DNA of 33,466 bases from Bacillota bacterium (GCA_033549405.1 JAWSUP010000002.1:1-33466), one strand, 5' to 3'. Positions 1 to 9,771 are shown, numbered from the stretch's first letter. Made by a program: numbers and translations. Notes: generated by a model from the letters alone, not told the origin.

Positions 1-12
1 CTCTCGTTGAAT
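1..12 (-). rRNA. rrs: Extreme 5' end of a 16S rRNA gene (partial, continues beyond the left edge)
   Basis: The reverse complement of nt 1-21 reads AAAAGTTCAATTCAACGAGAG. The window is cut exactly where the universal 16S 5' motif (A)GAGTTTGATCCTGGCTCAG would continue with TTTGATC. An rRNA-type promoter and leader lie immediately upstream on the same strand. Only a handful of nt are visible, so this call is an inference. Confidence 0.4.
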
Positions 13-121
13 TGAACTTTTGGCTCGTCTTTGTCTCAGGCATTGTCTTTTGGTCTGACAATGCCTCATTTCACTGTTCAATTTTCAAGGTCCGGTCCTC
101 GCTCCCGCGAGGCGCTTTGCT
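13..121 (-). other. rRNA operon 5' leader transcript
   Basis: The minus strand carries CCTTGAAAATTGAACAGTGAAA, which resembles the CTTGAAAACTGAACAA-type leader motif of Firmicutes rrn operons. It also has a 10-bp hairpin (AGGCATTGTC/GACAATGCCT, nt 38-66) and a 6-bp GC hairpin (CCTCGC/GCGAGG, nt 97-112). No ORF with coding character is present. Confidence 0.5.
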
Positions 122-185
122 ATCTTATCATCGCAGGATGGCTTTGTCAACACCCTTTGACACTTCTTTTAACCTTCTTTTTCCA
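122..185 (-). promoter_or_regulatory. Sigma-A type rRNA promoter with an A-rich UP-like element
   Basis: On the minus strand: -35 TTGACA (nt 150-145), a 17-nt spacer, and -10 TAAGAT (nt 127-122). Upstream of these is GGAAAAAGAAGGTTAAAAGAAG, which is A-rich and UP-element-like. Confidence 0.55.
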
Positions 186-268
186 TTTGCAGCCAATCGA
201 TTTTTATGTTCTTAACACCATTGCCGGGCGTTCAGTGCCGGTCGCTGACCGGCCTCTGTTTCGTCATT

Positions 269-2836
269 TTACGGTTGTTGATCCGGTTCATCTTCATCCG
301 CACATGTATCGTGTTCAACTACAGCCATATCGACAACTTTTCCTTCTCGTGTCCGCATCAGCGTGACGCCCTGGGTGATTCTGCCGAGAATCGGAATCTC
401 TGCAGCCGATATCCTGATGAGAACACCCGAGTCATTGATCAGAATGACATCATGTTCGTCGCTGACCAGTGATATACCGGCCAGCAGACCGGTTTTGTCA
501 GAGGGGCGATAGGTGATCAGACCTTTGCCGCCACGCGTCTGGATCCGGTACTCGTCCAGCTCCGTCCGCTTGCCAAAACCGCGTTCGGAGACAACCAGCA
601 GGTTTCTGTCTTCTACTGTCGGCACCATACCGATCACTTCGTCATCATTGTCAAGCATAATGCCTCTGACACCCTGTGTATTACGGCCAGTTGCCCTGAC
701 CTGACTTTCTGAAAAGCAGATCGACATGCCCTGACGGGTGACCAGAACAATGTTGCACTCGGTCAGTGCAAGCCGGACACCGATCAACTCGTCGTCATCA
801 CGCAGGTTGACAGCGATCAGACCACTTTTGTTGATGTTGGCATATTCCAGAAGTTCCGTTTTCTTGACAACACCTTCGCGCGTTGCCATCAGAAGACTGC
901 CGCCTTGATCGAAAGAGCGGACAGGTATGACCGTCCGGACTTTTTCACCGCCTTCCAGGTGCAAGAGGTTAACGATGGCCATGCCGCGTGCCTGGCGGCT
1001 CGTCTCGGGTATCTGGTAGCCTTTGAGACGATAAACGCGCCCCTTATTGGTGAAAAACAGCAAAATGGCGTGAGTCGTAGTCGTCAAGATGTTTTCGGCG
1101 AAATCCTCCTCGCGTGTCTGCATGCCGCTGACACCGCGACCGCCCCTGTGCTGGATACTGCACGTGTCGACCGGCATCCGCTTGACATAGCCAAAATGCG
1201 TCAATGTGATGACAATATCCTCTTCCTGTATCAGGGACTCATCGTCGATCTCATCATCCTCACCTTGTTCGATGCTGGTGCGGCGATCGTCTGAAAAGCG
1301 ATTGCGCACCTGAATCATTTCATCCTTGATGATCTGCAGCAGCAAAGGCTCCTCAGCCAACACGCGCATGAAGTAGTCGATTTTCTCACATAGCTCACGA
1401 TATTCATTTTCCAGTTTGTCTCTTTCAAGACCGGTCAGGCGCCCCAGTCTCATGTCCACGATATGCTGGGCCTGTTTCTCGCTGAAACCGAAGCGTTCAA
1501 TCAGCCGCTCTTTGGCGATGTCTTCAGTCCGTGAAGCCCGGATAATGGCGATGACTTCGTCGATGTGATCGATGGCCAGACGCAGCCCCTCGACAATGTG
1601 CTTCCTGGCTTCCGCTTTTTCGAGCTCGAACCTGGTCCGGCGGCGGATGACATCCTTCTGGTGCCCAATGTAATGATGCAGTGCCTGCAGGAGATTGACA
1701 ACCTTAGGTTCGAAACGGCCCATTTCATCTGGTACAAGCGCCAGCATGTTGGCATTGAACGAATCCTGCAGCTGTGTATTTTTGTACAGCTGGTTCAGGA
1801 CGACATGGGCGTTGGCATCCTTCTTCAGTTCGATCACGATCCGAACGGCGTCGTTACGGTCGGATTCATCGCGCAGGTCGGATATGCCGTCGACCTTTTT
1901 GTCCTTGACCAGATCGGCGATCCGTTCGATCAGCCTGGCTTTGTTGACCATATAGGGCAAATCGTTCACGATGATACGCTGACGATTGTTTTTCATCGGT
2001 TCGATGTCGACGCGCGAACGGACGACAATTCGGCCTTTGCCGGTCCGGTATGCTTCCCGTATGCCAGACTGGCCGATGATCATGCCTCCGGTCGGAAAAT
2101 CAGGACCTTTGATGACGTCCATCAGATCCTCGACTGACGCGTCAGGTTGCTCGATCAGCATAATGACGCCGTCCACCACTTCTCCGAGATTGTGCGGCGG
2201 TATATTGGTCGCCATGCCGACGGCGATGCCTGTAGACCCGTTGACCAGCAAATTGGGGAAACGGGCCGGAAGAACGATGGGTTCCATTTCATGCTCGTCA
2301 AAATTCGGTTTGAAATCGACCGTGTTCTTATTGATATCACTCATCATTTCGAGCGAGATGCGTGACAGCCTGGCTTCCGTATAACGATAGGCTGCCGGCG
2401 AATCGCCGTCACGGGATCCGAAGTTGCCATGACCGTCAACCAGCATGTGGCGCATGGAAAAATCCTGGGCCATGCGAACCAGCGAATCATAAACCGCGGC
2501 GTCGCCATGCGGGTGAAAGCGGCCAAGCACGTCACCGACAGTCGTCGCACATTTCCGGTACGCTTTATCAGGGGTGAAACCTTGTGTAAACATGGAATAA
2601 AGGATGCGGCGATGCACAGGCTTCAACCCGTCGCGAACATCAGGCAAAGCCCGGTCGGTAATGACGCTCATCGCATAATCGATGAACGATTTCTTCATTT
2701 CCTCTTCCAGGTCTATCGGAATGATCGTATTCTCGGTGTTTCGAAAAGCTGCGTCAACAGCCGCTTCTTTTCTTATCTGCAAGTCCTTTTTATCCTGGTT
2801 ATCTCGTTGTGCACCTGTATCCAGCTGATCAGCCAT
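269..2836 (-). CDS. gyrA: DNA gyrase subunit A
   Basis: 855-aa ORF. It carries the active-site motif AAYRYTEARL (the AAxRYTE catalytic Tyr) and the QRDR sequence HPHGDAAVYD. The GyrA-box QHRGGRG lies at the start of the C-terminal beta-pinwheel, which argues for GyrA rather than ParC. An acidic C-terminal tail is present, and an RBS (GAGGAGG) sits upstream of the ATG. Confidence 0.95.
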   Translation of the reverse strand: MADQLDTGAQRDNQDKKDLQIRKEAAVDAAFRNTENTIIPIDLEEEMKKSFIDYAMSVITDRALPDVRDGLKPVHRRILYSMFTQGFTPDKAYRKCATTVGDVLGRFHPHGDAAVYDSLVRMAQDFSMRHMLVDGHGNFGSRDGDSPAAYRYTEARLSRISLEMMSDINKNTVDFKPNFDEHEMEPIVLPARFPNLLVNGSTGIAVGMATNIPPHNLGEVVDGVIMLIEQPDASVEDLMDVIKGPDFPTGGMIIGQSGIREAYRTGKGRIVVRSRVDIEPMKNNRQRIIVNDLPYMVNKARLIERIADLVKDKKVDGISDLRDESDRNDAVRIVIELKKDANAHVVLNQLYKNTQLQDSFNANMLALVPDEMGRFEPKVVNLLQALHHYIGHQKDVIRRRTRFELEKAEARKHIVEGLRLAIDHIDEVIAIIRASRTEDIAKERLIERFGFSEKQAQHIVDMRLGRLTGLERDKLENEYRELCEKIDYFMRVLAEEPLLLQIIKDEMIQVRNRFSDDRRTSIEQGEDDEIDDESLIQEEDIVITLTHFGYVKRMPVDTCSIQHRGGRGVSGMQTREEDFAENILTTTTHAILLFFTNKGRVYRLKGYQIPETSRQARGMAIVNLLHLEGGEKVRTVIPVRSFDQGGSLLMATREGVVKKTELLEYANINKSGLIAVNLRDDDELIGVRLALTECNIVLVTRQGMSICFSESQVRATGRNTQGVRGIMLDNDDEVIGMVPTVEDRNLLVVSERGFGKRTELDEYRIQTRGGKGLITYRPSDKTGLLAGISLVSDEHDVILINDSGVLIRISAAEIPILGRITQGVTLMRTREGKVVDMAVVEHDTCADEDEPDQQP

Positions 2837-2880
2837 GCAAGTTGTTCCTCCTCAATTATTGTGATCTGCGAATCTAATCA

Positions 2881-2889
2881 ATTATAGCA
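2881..2889 (-). promoter_or_regulatory. Extended -10 promoter element (TGcTATAAT) for gyrA
   Basis: The minus strand reads ATATGCTATAATTGATT about 45 nt upstream of the gyrA ATG, inside the 74-nt rsmG-gyrA spacer. The -35 is poor (TTCCCG), which is typical of extended -10 promoters. Confidence 0.4.
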
Positions 2890-2910
2890 TATTTCGCCCG
2901 CTTCGGGAAC

Positions 2911-3657
2911 TCATAATGGCTGTTTTTCAGGCTTTCCAGCCTTGCGCGGATAAATGGCAGGGGTCGGTTGCCTTTTCCTGATACAGAACAAGGAGCGCTG
3001 CATGTCTGTGCCGGGCAGTGTAAACTGCTGCAGCGATTCAAGTTCGCCGCCCAACAGTCTGACAGCCCTGCCGGCTTGCGGCCACTCGCTATCCGGATTG
3101 CCTTTCATGGCGACAAACCGGCCGTTGACGCGAACCAGGGGCAGGCATAACTCAGCGAGCACATGAAGCGGTGCGACCGCCCTGGCCACAACCAGAGCGT
3201 GCCGATCCCGCATGGCCGGCAGGCGGCCTGCATCTTCAGCCCGGCCATGCCAGGTTGTTATCTGTTCAAGGCCCAGCTGTGCGATGACCGCATCAAGGAA
3301 ACGCAATCGTTTGGCCAGAGCATCCATAAGAATACAGTGCCAGTCCGGCCTCATGATCTTGAGCAGTAAACCGGGAACACCGGCGCCGGTACCGACATCG
3401 ACCAGAGACAGAGTCCCGCCCTGTTGTCCCGAGGCTGTTTCATCCAGAAGCGGCAGAACAGTCAGGCTGTCAAGCAGATGCTTTATAGCAATGCCTTCAT
3501 CATCAGTTACAGCCGTTAAATTTATCTGTCCGTTCCAGGTTCTGAGTAACATGACAAAGTCGATCAGCTGGTCACGCTGATCGGCAGAAATGGATTGGCC
3601 TGAACGATGCGCAATAATTTCTATCCACTCGCCAAAGGACCTGCGCTGCTCATCCAC
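2911..3657 (-). CDS. rsmG: 16S rRNA (guanine527-N7)-methyltransferase RsmG (GidB)
   Basis: The SAM-binding motif [12 protein letters not shown] is present, and the gene sits downstream of mnmG in the conserved order. The tracked ORF (to 3816) overlaps mnmG by 167 nt. I place the start at a GTG (3657-3655) preceded by GGGAGAAAG and overlapping the mnmG stop, which gives 248 aa. Confidence 0.85.
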   Translation of the reverse strand: MDEQRRSFGEWIEIIAHRSGQSISADQRDQLIDFVMLLRTWNGQINLTAVTDDEGIAIKHLLDSLTVLPLLDETASGQQGGTLSLVDVGTGAGVPGLLLKIMRPDWHCILMDALAKRLRFLDAVIAQLGLEQITTWHGRAEDAGRLPAMRDRHALVVARAVAPLHVLAELCLPLVRVNGRFVAMKGNPDSEWPQAGRAVRLLGGELESLQQFTLPGTDMQRSLFCIRKRQPTPAIYPRKAGKPEKQPL

Positions 3658-5620
3658 GGTCGCTTTCTCCCGTTTCTTGCCGGTCTGCACGCCTGTTTTC
3701 CAGCGCCTGCAGGTAAACCAGCAATACAGAGACATCTGCCGGTGAGACACCCGAAATCCTGCCAGCCTGACCGACAGAAACAGGCCGTAACCGGTCAAGT
3801 TTCTGACGCGCCTCAAGCCTCAGGCCATTGATGCGGCTGTAATCTATCGTTTCGGGCAGCAGTTTCCTCTCAAGCTTGCGGAACTGGCGGATTCTGTCTT
3901 GTTCAAGCCGGATGTATCCTTCATATTTCAGTGTCACCTCGACGGCATTTCGCTCTGCAGCAGACAATGCAGGCCTTTGCGGATCCAACGGTTCAAGAGA
4001 GGGATAATTCAGTTCCGGACGCTTCAGCAGATCAGCCAGACTGGCCGGCTGACGCAACGGCGTGCTGCCGCGCGCTTGCAAGACAGCGTCTGATTCGTTT
4101 CCCGGTTTGACACGCGTCTGCCGGCAGCGTTCCACTTCAGCCTCGATATGCTGCTGCTTGTTCTGGAAAGCCAGCCAGCGGCGTTCGCTGATCAGGTCGA
4201 TCTCGTGGCCGATCGGTGTCAGACGCGCATCGGCATTATCCTGGCGGAGCATCAGGCGATACTCTGCCCGCGCAGTCATCATGCGGTAGGGTTCACCGGT
4301 CCCCTTGGTCACAAGGTCATCGATCAGAACACCGATGTACGCCTGGGAACGGTCAAGGATCAGCGCTTTTTGCCGATCGAGCCTGCGGACGGCGTTGATG
4401 CCGGCAACCAGGCCTTGGGCGGCAGCCTCCTCGTATCCGGACGTGCCGTTGATCTGGCCGGCAGCGTACAGACCGTCGACGGCCAGCGTCTCGAGTGTCG
4501 CTTTCAGGCAAGTCGGATCCAGGCAATCATATTCGATCGCATAGGCACTGCGCATGATCCGGGCGTTCTGCAGTCCGGGTAAAGAGCGGACCATCTTCAG
4601 CTGGACATCTTCCGGCATACTGCTGGACATGCCCTGCAGATAGATCTCTTCGGTATCACGTCCCATCGGCTCGAGAAAAACCTGGTGGCGCTGTTTGTCG
4701 GGAAACTTGACAAACTTATCTTCAATAGAAGGACAATACCGCGGTCCGACGCCCTCTATCACTCCGCTGAAAAGGGGTGAGCGATGCAGATTGGCCTGGG
4801 CCAGTTCTCTGGTCAGCGCCGTTGTCCAGGTCAGCCAACAGGGCAGCTGATTCATGCTGCCATCATCTGCATACTGCTCCTGCTCATATGAAAACGGCGT
4901 AATATCCGTGTCACCGTCCTGCCGTTCCAGGGCGGAAAAATCGACGCTTGTCCGGTTAATGCGTGTCGGTGTCCCTGTCTTGAAGCGTTGGATCGGCAAA
5001 CCAAGTGCCCGCAGAGAATCGGACAGACCGTGCGCGGCAAACTGGCTGTCAGGACCTCCCGGATATTGACAGTCGCCAATGATGATCCGGCTTTCCATGA
5101 ACGTGCCGGTCGCCAGAATAACGACCTTGCATGGATATACGGCTGATGTTCTCAGGCGGACACCACAGATACGATATGTCTGCTCATCCTGTTCGACCAG
5201 CAGTTCGACTGCTTCTCCCTGACGCAGGTCAAGACCGGGCTGTCTTTCCAGCGTATGCTTCATCAGCTGCTGATAGCGGCGGCGATCGATCTGCGCCCTT
5301 GGCGATAGCACCGCAGGACCTTTTGATGCGTTGAGCATACGAAACTGAATCATAGCCTGGTCCGCTGCCCGGCCCATTTCACCGCCGAGTGCGTCTATCT
5401 CACGCACCAGCTGTCCTTTGGCCGTTCCACCGATATTGGGGTTGCAGGGCATATTGGCGACCGTATCCAGGTTCATGCCCAAGATCAAAGTCTTTTTGCC
5501 AAGACGGGCGCTAGCGAGCGCAGCTTCGCAGCCGGCATGCCCTGCCCCGATGACAATCACATCATATTCGCCGGCCAGATAAGCGCCATCCAGCGCCATG
5601 GCCTGTTCCAGGTCTATCAT
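3650..5620 (-). CDS. mnmG: tRNA uridine 5-carboxymethylaminomethyl modification enzyme MnmG (GidA)
   Basis: 656 aa with the N-terminal FAD-binding motif [16 protein letters not shown]. Full-length GidA-like sequence, conserved mnmE-mnmG-rsmG order, and a GAGG RBS. Confidence 0.95.
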   Translation of the reverse strand: MIDLEQAMALDGAYLAGEYDVIVIGAGHAGCEAALASARLGKKTLILGMNLDTVANMPCNPNIGGTAKGQLVREIDALGGEMGRAADQAMIQFRMLNASKGPAVLSPRAQIDRRRYQQLMKHTLERQPGLDLRQGEAVELLVEQDEQTYRICGVRLRTSAVYPCKVVILATGTFMESRIIIGDCQYPGGPDSQFAAHGLSDSLRALGLPIQRFKTGTPTRINRTSVDFSALERQDGDTDITPFSYEQEQYADDGSMNQLPCWLTWTTALTRELAQANLHRSPLFSGVIEGVGPRYCPSIEDKFVKFPDKQRHQVFLEPMGRDTEEIYLQGMSSSMPEDVQLKMVRSLPGLQNARIMRSAYAIEYDCLDPTCLKATLETLAVDGLYAAGQINGTSGYEEAAAQGLVAGINAVRRLDRQKALILDRSQAYIGVLIDDLVTKGTGEPYRMMTARAEYRLMLRQDNADARLTPIGHEIDLISERRWLAFQNKQQHIEAEVERCRQTRVKPGNESDAVLQARGSTPLRQPASLADLLKRPELNYPSLEPLDPQRPALSAAERNAVEVTLKYEGYIRLEQDRIRQFRKLERKLLPETIDYSRINGLRLEARQKLDRLRPVSVGQAGRISGVSPADVSVLLVYLQALENRRADRQETGESDRG

Positions 5621-5649
5621 GTCTGTTGCCTCATCGTATCGTTGGCCTG

Positions 5650-7107
5650 TTATTTCCCGACACAGAACCGGGAGAAAATCGTCTGGAGCAATGCGTCTGT
5701 CACGACATCTCCCGTTATTTCGGCCAGAGCTTCAAGTGAACCCCGCACAAGAGATGCGACAATATCGAGCGTCAAACCGCTTGTAATTACGGACTCGGCT
5801 TCAGCTATGCGCCGGGCAGCCTGCTCAAGACAGTGGCGATGGCGGCTGTTGGTTATCAAGGCATCATCATCCTGCAGTTCGCCGATGGCCTCATACGCCT
5901 CGACAATAGCTTGCCTGATCTGGTCAAGCCCTTCACCTGTCACCACGGAACACGTCATGAGCCGGCCATCGGGCCAGCGCCCGCGCAGCTGCTCGATCAC
6001 TTCGCCGGTTACTGACAGGTCGTCTTTGCTGACGAGCGGAATCAGTTTGCGGCATTGCACCTGCTGCAGGAGTTCCAATTCCTGGTCGAGTTCAGAGGCA
6101 GGCGGAGAAATCAGCCAGAAAACCAGATCAGCCCCCTGCAAAGCTTTTTTAGTCCGGTCGACGCCAATTTTCTCGATCAGGTCACTGGTTTCACGTAAAC
6201 CAGCTGTATCAATCAGCCTGACTGGGACTCCTTTGATGTCGACGATTTCCTCGACCGTATCACGGGTCGTTCCGGGAATGGGCGTCACAATCGCCCTGTC
6301 ATAACCAGCCAGCGCGTTAAGCAGCGATGACTTGCCGGCATTGGGCCGACCGGCCAGGACAACTGTCAGCCCTTCACGCAACAGGCGACCCTGCTCATAG
6401 CTGGCAGCGCGATTCCTGAGCTGTCCGGCTATCTCCTGCAGATCTGTCTGGAGCCGTTCCTGCATTGCTTCTGATTCTTCGTGGTCGGGATACTCCAAAA
6501 TCAATTCAATCCTGGCAAGCAGCTGATACAGCGAATCAGTCTGTTGCCGCACCTGGTCAGACAAACGCCCTTTCAGTTGGGCAGCCGCATTTCTGGCACT
6601 GCGGGCAGCACCAGCCGAAATAAGATCCATGACAGCTTCGGCCTGGGCCAGGTCTATCTTGCCGTTCAGGAATGCGCGCTTAGTAAATTCACCGGCTTCG
6701 GCCGGTCGTGCGCCTTGTTGCAGCAAAAGATCGAGAATGCCTTGTTTAACAGCTGCACCTCCGTGACATGATAATTCAATCACATCTTCACCCGTGTAGG
6801 AGTGAGGTGACACATAGCGTGTCAGGACAACCTGGTCCAGGACACCCGCATCTCCGGGGTCCACCAGGTCACCAACCGAGCAGGTATAGCCGGGCATGCG
6901 CAGGACAGGCAAAAAGCGGTCTGAAGCGGGGATAAACAATGGGTCCACCAACTCGGCAGCGCCTGCCCCCGACAGACGAATCACGGCGATACCGCTTTGT
7001 CCGGGCGGCGTCGCGACGGCGACGCAGATGTCGCCATATTGCGCGCTGCGCACAGCAGGTTTTCTTGTTTCGTCTGACAAACACAGATCGGGCTTAGGAA
7101 TTTCCAT
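5650..7107 (-). CDS. mnmE: tRNA modification GTPase MnmE (TrmE/ThdF)
   Basis: The G1 motif [14 protein letters not shown] and the DTAGLR (G3) motif are present, along with the C-terminal FCVGK (CxGK) motif. The N-terminus may be ~20 aa shorter, because there is no strong RBS at 7107. Confidence 0.92.
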   Translation of the reverse strand: MEIPKPDLCLSDETRKPAVRSAQYGDICVAVATPPGQSGIAVIRLSGAGAAELVDPLFIPASDRFLPVLRMPGYTCSVGDLVDPGDAGVLDQVVLTRYVSPHSYTGEDVIELSCHGGAAVKQGILDLLLQQGARPAEAGEFTKRAFLNGKIDLAQAEAVMDLISAGAARSARNAAAQLKGRLSDQVRQQTDSLYQLLARIELILEYPDHEESEAMQERLQTDLQEIAGQLRNRAASYEQGRLLREGLTVVLAGRPNAGKSSLLNALAGYDRAIVTPIPGTTRDTVEEIVDIKGVPVRLIDTAGLRETSDLIEKIGVDRTKKALQGADLVFWLISPPASELDQELELLQQVQCRKLIPLVSKDDLSVTGEVIEQLRGRWPDGRLMTCSVVTGEGLDQIRQAIVEAYEAIGELQDDDALITNSRHRHCLEQAARRIAEAESVITSGLTLDIVASLVRGSLEALAEITGDVVTDALLQTIFSRFCVGK

Positions 7108-7130
7108 GGTCTTTGGCGCCGGATCGACGC

Positions 7131-7841
7131 TTAGTCTTCCGGGGCGGGTGCGACCACAATATGCCGTTCGGCGTCTTCACCCTCGCTGTAAGTCGTAACC
7201 CCGGCAAACCCTTGCAGCGCCGAATGAATGATTCTTCTTTCGGCGGGGTTCATCGGCTCAAGGTTGATCAGTCTGCCGCTACTGCTGACTTTTTCGGCTG
7301 TCCGTTCCGCCAGGTTGATCAAGGTGTTCTCGCGCCGTCTCCTGTAACCTGCTATATCGACAATGACACGGATATGTTCTTCACTGTGCTTATTGGCGAC
7401 AAGCGACGCAAGATACTGGATGGCTTCCAGGGTTTCCCCGTGGCGCCCGATGGCAGCGCCGCAATCCCGGCCGTTGACCTCGATATGCAAAGATTCCTCT
7501 TCGCGATAGGAGCTGATCTTGCCATGAATGCCGATCCCGGACAAAACAGCGGCGACATAGGATACTGTTTCCGCTTCCTCAGGGGTTTCAGGATCACCGG
7601 CATAGGCTTCTTCATCACCATAATAGGCATCTTCGACCGGATCAGGCTCATCGGCTTCGACCGGTTCATCTTCGACGGTTACGCGGACTCTGGCCTGACG
7701 TCTGCCCAATCCGAGCAGTCCGCTCTCCCCTTCATCCAGCACCTCAACGATTACATCATCGTCTGTCAGGCCCAGTTCATCCAGAGCTTCCTGGATGGCC
7801 AGCTGGACAGTTTTTGCTGCTTTTTCAATCGATACGGGCAT
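7131..7841 (-). CDS. jag: Jag/KhpB (EloR) RNA-binding protein with Jag_N, KH and R3H domains
   Basis: 236 aa with an acidic linker and a C-terminal R3H-like region (PMNPAERRIIHSAL). It occupies the conserved position between yidC and mnmE, with an AGGAGG RBS. Confidence 0.88.
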   Translation of the reverse strand: MPVSIEKAAKTVQLAIQEALDELGLTDDDVIVEVLDEGESGLLGLGRRQARVRVTVEDEPVEADEPDPVEDAYYGDEEAYAGDPETPEEAETVSYVAAVLSGIGIHGKISSYREEESLHIEVNGRDCGAAIGRHGETLEAIQYLASLVANKHSEEHIRVIVDIAGYRRRRENTLINLAERTAEKVSSSGRLINLEPMNPAERRIIHSALQGFAGVTTYSEGEDAERHIVVAPAPED

Positions 7842-7871
7842 TGATGATACCTCCTTGGCCTTTAGTCCGGA

Positions 7872-8918
7872 TCAGGCCCGGACAACCTCGGCCTTTGTTT
7901 TCACTTCAGATTCTCGTTGTGCCTTTTCTACACGTCTTGTGAAGAAAAAGTAAATGTAGACGGATTGGGCAATCATCATGATATTACCGATGATCCAGTA
8001 AAGGCCCATCGATGCCGGCATGGAAAATGTCGTGACCAGCATGAAAACCGGCATAAGAAGATTCATGGTTTTCATCATGGATTCGCTTTTATCTTCGGGG
8101 GCTTGTCCTGCGCGGGCAGGATTGACGCGTTCGCGTTCTTTATCTTCTTCTGCCTTCTTGCGGTTGGGTGTTGTCATTTTTGTGATGCGCATCTGGACAA
8201 GGGTTGTCAGTACGACAATCAGCGGGATCAGCAAAAGCGGCAGATAAGATTGCCAGGTGTCCGCGCCGAAAACGACGCCCGGATTGTAGCTGGGCCGCAG
8301 GCTCAGGTCAAGGCCCAGGAAGCGGAGATTGATCAACTGGTCCATCCGCAGGTAGCCGCGATTGATGACTTCGGCAAGCGCGCTACCATTGCTGTTCAGG
8401 ACATCGACCAGCGGCATATTGTCCATCACGGCACGGTTTTTGACCGCTTCGGTGATTAAAGTCTGTCCGCTGCCATTGGTCAGGCTGAATAAATAAGCGG
8501 CGATCGCCTCGATTTTGTCCGATGTTACATACATCAGATGAACCAGCGGCGCCTGGATAATGCGGAAAATCGGCCAGATGATGATCAACTGCAAGATAGC
8601 CGGAAGGCAGCCCGACAGGGGGGACGCACCGTGCTTTTTATAAAGCTCCATCTGCAACTGGCTCTGCTTTTGTTTGTCATTGGGGTAAAGGCGTTGAATC
8701 TCAGCGATTTCACCCTGAAGCGCTTTCTGTTTTAAAGTGCTCTTCTGCTGGTGGATGCCCAGCGGTATCATCAGGCCACGCAGAAAAACCGTAAACAAGA
8801 TAATGACAAGGCCAAAATTGCCTGTCGCATCGTAGAGGACACGCATAAACCAACCAAATGCGGTGTAAAGGGGATCCATCGGGCTGAATAGCGCGATTGG
8901 GATGGACAACAACTCCAT
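7872..8918 (-). CDS. yidC: Membrane protein insertase YidC/SpoIIIJ/OxaA family
   Basis: 348-aa multi-pass membrane protein with YidC-core motifs (QKALQGEIAEIQRLY, PLSGCLPILLQ-like, GLYWIIGNI) and a basic C-terminal tail. The rnpA-yidD-yidC synteny is conserved. Confidence 0.9.
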   Translation of the reverse strand: MELLSIPIALFSPMDPLYTAFGWFMRVLYDATGNFGLVIILFTVFLRGLMIPLGIHQQKSTLKQKALQGEIAEIQRLYPNDKQKQSQLQMELYKKHGASPLSGCLPAILQLIIIWPIFRIIQAPLVHLMYVTSDKIEAIAAYLFSLTNGSGQTLITEAVKNRAVMDNMPLVDVLNSNGSALAEVINRGYLRMDQLINLRFLGLDLSLRPSYNPGVVFGADTWQSYLPLLLIPLIVVLTTLVQMRITKMTTPNRKKAEEDKERERVNPARAGQAPEDKSESMMKTMNLLMPVFMLVTTFSMPASMGLYWIIGNIMMIAQSVYIYFFFTRRVEKAQRESEVKTKAEVVRA

Positions 8919-8969
8919 AACTACAATACTCCTTTATTCCAGGCCGGTTCGTATCCGGCAGTCAGCCAC

Positions 8970-9179
8970 TCAGGGAACGGGATCATACCCGCCCCGGCTG
9001 AATGGATTGCAGCGCATGATACGCCAGAAAGCCATCAGGCTGCCCTTGACCGCACCATAGCGCTCGATCGCTTCGATCGCATACTGGGAACAAGTGGGCA
9101 GGTATTTGCAGCTCGCTCCCAGTTTCGGAGATATATATCGCTGGTACCAGCGGATCATGCGGATCAATATTTGTTTCAT
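8970..9179 (-). CDS. yidD: Membrane protein insertion efficiency factor YidD
   Basis: 69 aa with the conserved motif [19 protein letters not shown]. Its start overlaps the rnpA stop by 4 nt. Confidence 0.9.
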   Translation of the reverse strand: MKQILIRMIRWYQRYISPKLGASCKYLPTCSQYAIEAIERYGAVKGSLMAFWRIMRCNPFSRGGYDPVP

Positions 9180-9556
9180 GTTTCTGTTCCATTGCTGCCT
9201 GTATCAGGCTTCTGAGGAACAGGCCGGTACAGGCCAGCCCTTTGCAGCAATCGCATCACTTCCGGATAGACTGTCTTCAGATCTGGCGGAACAGTACTGT
9301 CCCTGCCGACCAGAACCAGGTCATATCCGGGTTTGATCTGATTTTCCACCAACCGGTAACTTTCCCGCAAGAGCCGCTTCATCCTGTTGCGGCGGACACT
9401 GCCGTTTACCTTACGACTTGCCGTTATACCCAACCGGTTTTGACTGCCATTGCGCTTGAGATAATGCAAGACAACATGGCGGGCACTGATATAACGGCCT
9501 TTCTGGTAGACCCGCGAAAATTCATAATTCATGCGCAAAGTCTGCGTCTGTTTCAT
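9176..9556 (-). CDS. rnpA: Ribonuclease P protein component
   Basis: 126-aa basic protein with the RNR motif region ([12 protein letters not shown]), immediately downstream of rpmH, with a GGAGGGA RBS. Confidence 0.9.
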   Translation of the reverse strand: MKQTQTLRMNYEFSRVYQKGRYISARHVVLHYLKRNGSQNRLGITASRKVNGSVRRNRMKRLLRESYRLVENQIKPGYDLVLVGRDSTVPPDLKTVYPEVMRLLQRAGLYRPVPQKPDTGSNGTET

Positions 9557-9604
9557 GTCAGATCAGGATCCCTCCGGATACGGAAACCGGCTCGTCATCA
9601 CTCG

Positions 9605-9639
9605 GTGAAAAAAGAAGACCACATGTCCTGCGGTCTTCA
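9605..9639 (-). terminator. Intrinsic terminator/attenuator between rpmH and rnpA
   Basis: The minus strand reads GAAGACCGCA-GGACA-TGTGGTCTTC followed by TTTTTT. That is a 7-bp perfect stem, extendable to about 10 bp, plus a U6 tract. It starts within the rpmH stop codon. Confidence 0.7.
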
Positions 9640-9771
9640 GGCACTCAGTTTTTTCCGGCCTTTCAGCCTGCGTCTCTTGATCACATCACGGCCGGACGCT
9701 GTCAACATGCGCTTTCTAAAACCATGTTCTTTTTTCCTGTGCCTTTTTTTTGGCTGAAAAGTCATTTTCAT
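9637..9771 (-). CDS. rpmH: 50S ribosomal protein L34
   Basis: I translated this by hand because it is below the ORF-track cutoff. The product is [44 protein letters not shown] (44 aa), a canonical L34 sequence. A GGAGG RBS lies 8 nt upstream. Confidence 0.93.
   Translation of the reverse strand: MKMTFQPKKRHRKKEHGFRKRMLTASGRDVIKRRRLKGRKKLSA

Noticed and set aside
237-253. A 7-bp hairpin (GCCGGTC-N3-GACCGGC) 15 nt downstream of the gyrA stop, considered as the gyrA terminator.
   Set aside because: No U-tract follows it on the minus strand. It may contribute to termination or stability, but it does not meet intrinsic-terminator criteria.
3658-3816. An N-terminal 53-codon extension of the rsmG ORF that overlaps the mnmG 3' end.
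   Set aside because: The extension ([27 protein letters not shown]...) is not RsmG-like. A GTG with a good RBS at 3657 gives a normal-length protein. The oppF (20711-20902), oppC (23677-23739), veg (12758-12829) and fhs (12880-12969) ORF extensions fail on the same logic.
5537-6304. Long plus-strand ORFs antisense to well-supported minus-strand genes: 5537-6304 (255 aa), 7113-7844 (243 aa), 26592-27395 (267 aa), 24876-25532 (218 aa), 31247-31975 (242 aa), 1565-2137 (190 aa) and 32514-33059 (181 aa).
   Set aside because: Each lies entirely opposite a gene with clear family motifs. Their translations are low-complexity and rich in Arg, Ser, Pro and Cys, with no motifs or RBS. Such shadow ORFs are expected in moderately GC-rich DNA.
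8983-9192. A second 69-aa minus-strand ORF that overlaps yidD in another frame.
   Set aside because: The yidD frame carries the conserved CxxxPTCSxY motif. The alternative frame has no recognisable features.
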